Sequence record: SRR20825010_1483
Length of the DNA stretch: 58,498 bases
Strand: one strand, 5' to 3'
How positions within the stretch are numbered: position 1 is the first letter of the stretch; each line of letters opens with the position of its first letter. The notes beneath the pieces were generated by a model. The model made no database searches. It was not told the DNA's origin and worked only from the letters and a program-made list of their open reading frames with translations. Below are positions 9,401 through 15,986 of this stretch, piece after piece. Made by a program: the position numbers and the translations under genes.

Positions 9401-9516
9401 GGTCCTTCACCTTTTACTCTGGGGCTTTGGAATTCAAGACCAATGGGACTCAACAGGTCCTTGGCTAGATCGATGTATTCATTTTTAGAATCTAAGTGAA
9501 GGTTCAGTTTGGCCAT
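6484..9516 (-). CDS. KAP-family P-loop NTPase with two TM helices and N-terminal REase-like plus PUA/EVE-like domains
   Basis: DKLGREPVAKAF, Walker A GEWGAGKS (aa 531-538), YNAWQ, hydrophobic inserts, Walker B IFIDDIDRC, FLEKAFQMSLRMP, NPRSIIRLAN; EVE-like FWWL...IEVGDLVFGYQGAPEKKVKGIFQV. Confidence 0.85.
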   Translation of the reverse strand: MAKLNLHLDSKNEYIDLAKDLLSPIGLEFQSPRVKGEGPSLRSISSNPDGGFVNTHEACVEVISELSLDSKKANIILNKIQSYQKAYPSNIVYVILFHPVVAKVMKILDEGLISITKGEFSIFDSNWVQKTLNENPELIEKYKIKEGGESKPMTFDPDKLVKYTSFIEAAQNRQIFLSHHIWSDEDKLKHFLTAGIWKPQNERKNKDILDKITRGDLIILNSSTLNGEGIVMKVVAIGVVKTFAFDNSAIDVIWKELNATISLPDSDAFSNALSLLTENQIETTLGRLMGATGDILGILDELIEIVPLAPQSKSTSPDKSIESITALIQSHLTQKKNFWWLHARVDKWEIDELAIGQSEPYRATDTADKIQRNFHDIEVGDLVFGYQGAPEKKVKGIFQVDHKDLDSHVSFKLLYKIEKQPSLDDLRKRSNFEKSTINKVRVGSIHALTTAIVQEILDSTELTNPSSSKTEKDPVKPTIEPTKDKIPFHNDVVAQEDKLGREPVAKAFVDLIKKDVFTEDMNHAFMVHLQGEWGAGKSTFLNLIKKHLNTEEEEWIIIDYNAWQNQHITPPWWTLIDQIYRQTRVKDSFGFCGKLDRKEKWRRIKLYSGWQKIVAITLTILITACLVHFGNSIADYVKELPFFRGDQDAEDTGSAIAAISKLFLTLGSIVAVIFTFSKVVSSSFFMNSSDEANSFMKRSSDPMSRIKTHFGGLVNDINSKEKTRWWSKSNKKKRQLAIFIDDIDRCNRGFIIQLLEGIQTLFKDKKVLYIVAGDKNWITTSFANTYKEFNNSQSTSKHNLGELFLEKAFQMSLRMPNISDDSKEEYWSHILGITEAQREKKVETEEISSELKNEVQQELDSTEEDITSPEFIEKFERKHNFSSNAASNFIIEKKNESDKEIRHLLKGLHGLVETNPRSIIRLANNYTMTRSTLIAERKSFNAEKLLRWLILKDLYPTVIDSVRSNKTMKEIKEELTEPSVREKYDKLLTGSKEDETDILSIEEIKQFEGI

Positions 9517-9517
9517 C

Positions 9518-11197
9518 TTACATTCTAGTTAAGTTTTCCTTAATCCTTTCCTGCAACTCATTGCTCTTTTCGAACTGCGCCATCAGTTGGTTTTTTAAGC
9601 CTTCCATTTTTTCCTCAAAAGGAATTCCATCGTCTTCTTCGGCTTCGGTGCCTACATAAATACCAGGGGTCAGTTTGTAGTCTTGTTTTTGTACTTCGGC
9701 CAGGGTAGCGGATTTGCAAAAGCCGGGTTGGTCTTGGTAGACCAACTCCCGCTGTGCGGGCTCTTGGGGTAGGTTGACCACCTCCCCCTGCGGGGACTCC
9801 TCCTTAAAAGGAGGAGAGTCAATGGAGCGCCAAGCTTGGTAGGTTTCGCCAATGGTTTTGATATCATCGTCTGAGAATACGCGCAGCTTGCGGCTGGCCA
9901 TGGTGCCCATTTTGGAAGCGTCAATAAATAGAATTTCATTGCTGCGTTCTCGGTGGAGACCGTCACGGCCATCTCGGTTCTTGCTGAGTATAAACAAGCA
10001 GGCAGGGATACCCGTGGTTAAAAAGAGTTTGTCGGGTAGGCGCACAATGGCATCTACCATGCTATTGTCCACCATATGTTGGCGCACGTTCTTTTCGCCT
10101 TTGGTATTGGAGGTCATAGCGCCATTGGCCATTACAATGCCTGCTGTGCCTGTATCACTCAGGTGGTGCCAGAAGGTTTGCATCCACATGTAGTTGGCGC
10201 TGCCATCGGTGGTGTATTCTTCCTTAGGTCCAAATAAGCGGGGGTCGCCATCGGGTAAATCTTCAGGGTGCCAATTGCTCACGTTAAAGGGAGGGTTGGC
10301 AATAATAAAGTCTGCTTTTAGCGTAGGGAATTTATCGTCAAGCAGTGAGTTGCCCAGCTTAATGTCAAAAGACAACTCGCGCAACATCAGGTTCATTAAG
10401 CAAAGCCTTAAGGTCTGGGCCGTCATTTCTTGCCCGTAAATGGAAATGTCGCTTTTGTTACCGCCATGTTCTTTTACAAACTTTAAGCTTTGCACAAACA
10501 TGCCACCGCTACCACAAGCCGGGTCGAATATTCGACCCTTGTAAGGCTCCAGAATCTCTACCAATAAGCGCACAATGCTGCCGGGAGTAAAGAATTGTCC
10601 GGCACCGGAGCCCTCGGCCATGGCAAAACGGCCAATGTAGTATTCGTAGATTCGGCCTAAAATATCACTCTCGGGGTTTTCCTTTTCAGAGAACTTAGGG
10701 TGGGAGAGTAGGTTGATGATTCCGCCCGTTTGCTTGGCGGACAACTCACTTTTTACAAAAATACGTGGTAGTAGGTTGTTCAGCTGAGGATTAAAGGCGG
10801 TAAGCAGTTCTTGGATGACATCGAAGGCATCATCCACAATTACTTTGATATCGTCTTGCTCGGCATTGTCTTTTAGGTATTGCCACGAAGCGGTATTGGG
10901 TATTTTAAAAGTATTGCGTGAACGGTACTCATCGGCATCGTCCAATACATAGCTAATCTCTTCCTTGTCGATGGTGTAATACTCCGATTTGGGGTCGTGA
11001 AGTAACTCTTTGAGTTCTTCGTGCACCATTTCGTAGCGCTCGCTCATGTGCTTTAAAAACACCAGCGGAAGGATGTAATTCTTATAGTTGTTCTCAGATA
11101 CTGCGCCCCTTAACTCGTTCGCTGCGTCCCAGAGTTCTTTTTCAAAATCTATATCTGCTTTTGCCATTTGGTAATCTTTCTTATTCACTGGCCGCAT
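9518..11197 (-). CDS. hsdM: Type I R-M methyltransferase subunit M (m6A-type; alternative start 11167)
   Basis: LWDAANELRG, GQFFTPGSIV, motif I FDPACGSGG, motif IV ANPPFN. Confidence 0.97.
   Translation of the reverse strand: MRPVNKKDYQMAKADIDFEKELWDAANELRGAVSENNYKNYILPLVFLKHMSERYEMVHEELKELLHDPKSEYYTIDKEEISYVLDDADEYRSRNTFKIPNTASWQYLKDNAEQDDIKVIVDDAFDVIQELLTAFNPQLNNLLPRIFVKSELSAKQTGGIINLLSHPKFSEKENPESDILGRIYEYYIGRFAMAEGSGAGQFFTPGSIVRLLVEILEPYKGRIFDPACGSGGMFVQSLKFVKEHGGNKSDISIYGQEMTAQTLRLCLMNLMLRELSFDIKLGNSLLDDKFPTLKADFIIANPPFNVSNWHPEDLPDGDPRLFGPKEEYTTDGSANYMWMQTFWHHLSDTGTAGIVMANGAMTSNTKGEKNVRQHMVDNSMVDAIVRLPDKLFLTTGIPACLFILSKNRDGRDGLHRERSNEILFIDASKMGTMASRKLRVFSDDDIKTIGETYQAWRSIDSPPFKEESPQGEVVNLPQEPAQRELVYQDQPGFCKSATLAEVQKQDYKLTPGIYVGTEAEEDDGIPFEEKMEGLKNQLMAQFEKSNELQERIKENLTRM
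9727..9816. repeat. Four tandem hairpins lying in-frame within hsdM
   Basis: GTTGGTCT-tggt-AGACCAAC, CCCGC-tgt-GCGGG, TCCCC-ctgc-GGGGA, CTCCTCCTT-aa-AAGGAGGAG. Confidence 0.7.
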
Positions 11198-11340
11198 TCC
11201 ACTCTAACCCGAGTTCATTGAATGCGCCTATATCAAAAAATAATATTTTGGTTGTTTTCTCAACAATATAAGTGAATGAATTTAGAATTGGCTTATTGCA
11301 GTATGTTAATTATTTAATAGGTGGGCTGTTTCTTTCGGAA

Positions 11341-11374
11341 GCCCAGCTTTGTTGTGTGTTTTTCACTAACAAAC
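11341..11374 (+). repeat. REP-like imperfect palindrome, copy B2
   Basis: Aligns to 131-163. Confidence 0.65.
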
Positions 11375-11430
11375 AGTAATGGGCATCTGTATCATCCTTT
11401 AATCAGTATAATCTGCGTTCTAACCTTTTT

Positions 11431-11475
11431 TGTCGGTATCACAGATTAAATGGATTTCGGGATTCCACAGATTAA
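11431..11475 (+). repeat. Left inverted repeat of the GxxExxY unit
   Basis: TGTCGGTATCACAGATTAAATGGATTTCGGGATTCCACAGATTAA; inner 16 bp perfectly complementary to 11907-11922. Confidence 0.8.
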
Positions 11476-11892
11476 CTAAGGTGTGGTTGTATCTGCTTTG
11501 CCATCTAAGTCTAGAACAAAGCGTTTAAAACTAAGGCTCTTCTCTCCAAAATTGATTAACAGACCGACTTCAAAACGATAAGCCCTTAGGTAGTTTAAAA
11601 TCTGAGCCCAATGGACCTCTTCAATTTTAGTTGTTGCTTTCAATTCAACTAAAACCTTTCCTTCAACTATAAAATCCGCTCTTCTTGTGCCGATGGGCTC
11701 TCGACAATCTCGATAATAGATTTCTTGATTCTGTTCTCTTTGAAATGAAAGGTCAGCTTGGTTTAACTCATAAGCTAAGGCTCTTTGGTAAATAACCTCT
11801 TGAAAACCATTGCCTAGAAAGGAATGAACTCGCATAGCCGATCCGATGATCTTATGCGTTAAGTCTTTGTATTTATAGTCCGAAGGTACCAT
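11476..11892 (-). CDS. GxxExxY family PD-(D/E)xK nuclease-like protein
   Basis: LGNGFQEVIYQRAL motif, RADFIVEGKVLVELK, QILNYL...GLLINFG. Confidence 0.95.
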   Translation of the reverse strand: MVPSDYKYKDLTHKIIGSAMRVHSFLGNGFQEVIYQRALAYELNQADLSFQREQNQEIYYRDCREPIGTRRADFIVEGKVLVELKATTKIEEVHWAQILNYLRAYRFEVGLLINFGEKSLSFKRFVLDLDGKADTTTP

Positions 11893-11906
11893 AGCTTAAG
11901 ATACTT

Positions 11907-11952
11907 TTAATCTGTGGAATCCTCAAATCCTTATGAATCTGTGTTTCAGACA
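11907..11952 (-). repeat. Right inverted repeat of the GxxExxY unit
   Basis: TTAATCTGTGGAATCCTCAAATCCTTATGAATCTGTGTTTCAGACA; reverse complement aligns with 11431-11475. Confidence 0.8.
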
Positions 11953-11955
11953 GTT

Positions 11956-13335
11956 TTACTTCCCGATACAAAACTTTGAAAAGATATTCGCTAATAAATC
12001 ATCGGTGGTGATTTCTCCTGTGATCTCACCAAGGTAGTGGAGACTTTGGCGGATGTCCATTGCTACAAAGTCATTAGTAATTTGATTATCAATGCCTTCA
12101 ATAACTGCCGTTAATGAGTTTTTGGTTTGAAGCAGCGAATCATAATGACGGATATTGGTGACTACCGTATCGCCTTTCTTGAACTTGTCCATGTTCACGA
12201 GTTCGAGAATACGTTCTTTGAGTTTTTCTACTTGCTCAGGATCTTTGGCCGATAGAAAAAGCATATCGGGATGTTGACCTTGAAGTGTTTCGATAAAAGC
12301 AGGATCAGCTTTGTCGAGTTTGTTGGCGAGTTTAAGGAAAGGAACCCCAGCGTTTTCCAAAATATTGATTTCCTTGTTCACTTCCACAATGGAAGTATCC
12401 GCTAAGTCGAAAAGGTAAATGATCAGCGAAGCCGTTTTCATTTTGGCTTGGGTGCGTTCTACGCCCATGGCTTCAATTACATCGGTAGTCTCTCGTAAAC
12501 CAGCCGTATCAATAAAACGAAAAGCAATGCCGCCAATAATAATTTCATCTTCGATGAAATCACGGGTAGTACCAGCAATGTCAGAAACAATGGCTTTTTC
12601 TTCGTTCAGTAAAGCATTTAGTAGGGTGGATTTACCTGCATTGGGTTTGCCTGCGATAACGGTCGGTACGCCATTCTTGATTACGTTTCCTAAATCAAAA
12701 CTTTGGATCAGCGCATTGACTACTTTAAGCAGTCGGTTGACTAAATTTTTTAAATCGTCACGACTGGCAAATTCTACATCTTCTTCGCCAAAATCGAGTT
12801 CTAGCTCAATCATTGAAGCAAAATGAATCAGCTCTTCGCGCAGCTTTTTGATTTCATCAGAAAAACCACCGCGCATCTGACTTAGTGCAGTTTGGTGTGC
12901 CGCTTCAGAATCTGCATTGATAAGGTCAGCTACGGCTTCAGCTTGCGCTAAATCAAACTGGCCATGCATAAAGGCACGTTTGGTAAACTCACCTGGTTTG
13001 GCTGGCCGCGCACCTTTGCGGATCAACAACTGGATAATCTGGCGGATGATGTAACTCGACCCGTGACAGGAAATCTCAATAACGTTCTCTTTGGTAAAGG
13101 ATTTTGGTGCAATAAATAAGGAGATCAGCACTTCGTCTAGAATCTTATCACCATCGCGAATTGTGCCAAAATGAATCGTATGCGATTCTTGTTTAGTGAG
13201 ATCTTTGCCTTTGAAAACCGCATTAGTGATGCTTATGGCTTCTTTTCCCGACAAGCGGATGACGCCAATGGCTCCAATGCCTTGAGGGGTGGCCAATGCA
13301 ATAATGGTGTCTTCATTTTGAGCTAGTGCGCGCAT
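11956..13335 (-). CDS. mnmE: tRNA uridine-34 modification GTPase MnmE
   Basis: DTIIALAT, GKPNAGKSTLLN, GTTRD, DTAGLR, C-terminal FCIGK. Confidence 0.98.
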   Translation of the reverse strand: MRALAQNEDTIIALATPQGIGAIGVIRLSGKEAISITNAVFKGKDLTKQESHTIHFGTIRDGDKILDEVLISLFIAPKSFTKENVIEISCHGSSYIIRQIIQLLIRKGARPAKPGEFTKRAFMHGQFDLAQAEAVADLINADSEAAHQTALSQMRGGFSDEIKKLREELIHFASMIELELDFGEEDVEFASRDDLKNLVNRLLKVVNALIQSFDLGNVIKNGVPTVIAGKPNAGKSTLLNALLNEEKAIVSDIAGTTRDFIEDEIIIGGIAFRFIDTAGLRETTDVIEAMGVERTQAKMKTASLIIYLFDLADTSIVEVNKEINILENAGVPFLKLANKLDKADPAFIETLQGQHPDMLFLSAKDPEQVEKLKERILELVNMDKFKKGDTVVTNIRHYDSLLQTKNSLTAVIEGIDNQITNDFVAMDIRQSLHYLGEITGEITTDDLLANIFSKFCIGK

Positions 13336-13340
13336 GAGGG

Positions 13341-13348
13341 CAAAGGTA
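13341..13348 (-). promoter_or_regulatory. Bacteroidota -7 promoter box for mnmE
   Basis: TACCTTTG on the minus strand, 5 nt upstream of the ATG. Confidence 0.6.
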
Positions 13349-13429
13349 ATGTAATTTGATAATTAGGCGTCTTCATTTCTAATAAGCTCTATTCGGCTAG
13401 CTTCATTATATTGAAACTTATTTAGTGAA

Positions 13430-14305
13430 ATGAATTGGATCCAAACCCATTATAAAAGTCTTTTGATTGCGCTTCTTTGCTTTATGGCCTTTGTGGTTTT
13501 TGAGGCTTTTCAACAATTGTTTTATGCTGAAAACTTTAATAATGGTGTTCCGCTGGATGTTACATTTTTGGATGTACTACAGGACGGCTTGTTGAGATGG
13601 GGACTCTGGTTAGCGACTTCTGTTATTTTGATTCTGTATGTTCATAAAATGCCAATAAGGACTGGTTATGAGCTTCCAAGAAGGGTTTTGGCCTATGGTG
13701 GTCTTCTATTTTTGGTTTTGTTGGCAGATATCGCCTTAGCTGCCTTGGTGAATATGTCGGTAAATGAAAAGAGCTGGCCAGTATTTACTGAATTATTTCA
13801 GTTCTATTTATTTCACAAAGCGCCTGTCGTGTTTGTCTTTCTGGTGGTGGTGATTCTGCTGGTTCATTTTTTTCAGTATAAATCAGAAATTGAGGTGTAC
13901 ATCCAAGAGCTGGGTGATCTGAAAAACACCAACTCTAAACTGTATAAGCAAATAAAATCTACTCAGGGCAGCGTTACGGATGAGGCTAAGGTAATTCAGG
14001 TGAGGGTAGGGAATAGGTCGCAAATTGTTCCACTGGAGCATATTGTTTGGATAGAAGCAGACGATTATTGTGTGAAAATCCATGATCAGCAAGGAAAGGC
14101 TTATACACTTCGGAACTCCCTTAAAAGCTTGGAAGAAAAACTCCCTTCAGATTGGTTTCAAAGAGTTCACCGCAGGTCAATTGTTAACTTGAAGGCTGTT
14201 GAAAGTATTGAATGGGGCAGCTCGGCTGCCGTGACTTTGAACAATGGGACAGTATTGCCTTTGGCACAGTCAAGGGTTAAATCGGTTAAGGCAGCCATGA
14301 AATAG
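13430..14305 (+). CDS. Membrane-anchored LytTR-family transcriptional regulator (no receiver domain)
   Basis: ~4 N-terminal TM segments; LytTR motifs IVWIEADDYCVKIH and FQRVHRRSIVNL. Confidence 0.9.
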   Translation: MNWIQTHYKSLLIALLCFMAFVVFEAFQQLFYAENFNNGVPLDVTFLDVLQDGLLRWGLWLATSVILILYVHKMPIRTGYELPRRVLAYGGLLFLVLLADIALAALVNMSVNEKSWPVFTELFQFYLFHKAPVVFVFLVVVILLVHFFQYKSEIEVYIQELGDLKNTNSKLYKQIKSTQGSVTDEAKVIQVRVGNRSQIVPLEHIVWIEADDYCVKIHDQQGKAYTLRNSLKSLEEKLPSDWFQRVHRRSIVNLKAVESIEWGSSAAVTLNNGTVLPLAQSRVKSVKAAMK

Positions 14306-14318
14306 AAGAATGTCCTTT

Positions 14319-14350
14319 GCTTTACTGCATTTGTATTGGGCTTTACTGCA
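14319..14350 (+). promoter_or_regulatory. LytTR-type direct-repeat operator
   Basis: GCTTTACTGCA twice, 21-bp period (14319-14329, 14340-14350). Confidence 0.75.
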
Positions 14351-14400
14351 AAAACCTTTGTTCAGTTGGCTTTTCAGGCCATTATTGAAGAAAAAAGATC

Positions 14401-15000
14401 ATGCAAAAAATATCAATTTGTATCATGTTCAGTGTGCTGTTCCTAGCGGGGCTTTCCCTCAACGCACAAAAGCTGTCTTTTCCTTATGAGTCTTCGGCTG
14501 AAAACCCATTTGGTTTGCCAAACCCTAAGGCCAATCCCGCTATTAAAGATTTTGCGCCCATGATAGGCTTGTGTAATTGCGTTTCTCAAGGTAGAAATGC
14601 AGACCAAACTTGGGCAGAACCAGAAGCCATGACTTGGCGTTTTAAGTACATTATGAATGGTATGGCGGTTCAGGACGAAACGCTCAAGGCCAATGGAGTT
14701 CACTCTGGTAGTATTCGGCAGTTTAATAGTGATAGCCTTAAGTGGTACGTTCACTATTATAGCTCTAATGTCGCTGTGACTACTTTACCTGACTGGGAAG
14801 GAAAGAGTGTCGCAGCGAAGGGTAAAAAGGTGTTTTATAAAGAGCAAAAGGCGCCTAACGGAGTGGATGGCTTTTTCCGATTGACCTTCTATGATATTAC
14901 TAATGAAGGCTATAAATGGATTGGGGAATGGGTGGATAAGTCCGAAACGGTAGTTTTTCCCACTTGGAAAATAGACTGTACTAAAATTAAAGATGAATAA
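14401..15000 (+). CDS. Secreted hypothetical protein (beta-rich, DUF1579-like)
   Basis: Signal peptide ending SLNA-Q; Trp-rich beta pattern. Confidence 0.6.
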   Translation: MQKISICIMFSVLFLAGLSLNAQKLSFPYESSAENPFGLPNPKANPAIKDFAPMIGLCNCVSQGRNADQTWAEPEAMTWRFKYIMNGMAVQDETLKANGVHSGSIRQFNSDSLKWYVHYYSSNVAVTTLPDWEGKSVAAKGKKVFYKEQKAPNGVDGFFRLTFYDITNEGYKWIGEWVDKSETVVFPTWKIDCTKIKDE

Positions 15001-15014
15001 TGGACTGCTCACGC

Positions 15015-15908
15015 CTAATGAGCAGTCATTTCCATATTTACCTTTTTTTGTTGAATGCGTTTGGCAATTAGGCCATTGCTAGGCGAGAATAAGAAAGCCA
15101 AAGCAAACAGTACTCCAGCCACAGATACAATGGCACCAGCGATTGATCCGTCTAGGGCTACAGCCAAATAATAGCCGAAAACACTGATGATAAAAGCAAT
15201 GACTATTGTAATCATAATCATGCTTTTGAACTTATCGGTGAGTAAGTAAGCCGTGGCTGGGGGTGCTACCATCAGCGCGACAACTAATATTGCGCCCACT
15301 GAATCGAAAGAGGCCACTGTGGTCATTGATACTGCACCCATGAGCAGGTAATTCCATAAACCAACAGAAATGCCAACAGTGGCAGCAAAGGCTGGGTCGA
15401 AGGTGGTTAAATACAGTTGCTTAAACCCGACACGTACAAACAAAATATTAAGAATAAGTATCATAGATGAAATCCACAGTGCTCTTGGTCCGAAGTTCTG
15501 GCCGCCTTCAGTAATCCATAAATCTATTGGGACATAGGCTATTTCGCCATACAGCACGCATTCTTGGTCTAAATCTACTTGGCCTGCAAATACTGAAATC
15601 AAAATAATGCCAAGGGCGAAAAGCCACGTAAAGGTAACGCCAATAGCCGCATCGGTCTGTAATCGTGCCTTTTTGTGAAAGAACTCAATTAAGAAAGTGG
15701 TGAAGATGCCTAGAAGACCAGCGCCCAATATCATCCAGAGCGAATCTCTTGTTCCTGAGAATAGAAAGGCCAGTACAATGCCTGGTAACACGGCATGCGA
15801 AATAGCATCAGCCACCATAGCCATTCTTCTCAGAATTAGGAAACAGCCTAAAATGCCACAGGAAATGGCAATTAAGGTCGATGTCATGATGATGTATATA
15901 GCGTCCAT
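15015..15908 (-). CDS. Mn/Zn/Fe ABC transporter permease (TroD/MntD-like)
   Basis: ILRRMAMVADAISHAVLPG; VGAILVVALMVAPPATA. Confidence 0.93.
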   Translation of the reverse strand: MDAIYIIMTSTLIAISCGILGCFLILRRMAMVADAISHAVLPGIVLAFLFSGTRDSLWMILGAGLLGIFTTFLIEFFHKKARLQTDAAIGVTFTWLFALGIILISVFAGQVDLDQECVLYGEIAYVPIDLWITEGGQNFGPRALWISSMILILNILFVRVGFKQLYLTTFDPAFAATVGISVGLWNYLLMGAVSMTTVASFDSVGAILVVALMVAPPATAYLLTDKFKSMIMITIVIAFIISVFGYYLAVALDGSIAGAIVSVAGVLFALAFLFSPSNGLIAKRIQQKKVNMEMTAH

Positions 15909-15986
15909 TCGGATTAGTTATCAGTTAAGAGTAGATCAGTTAAAAGTATTTTTATTGGTTTGTGTTCTGCAATCATGGTTTTTCTG

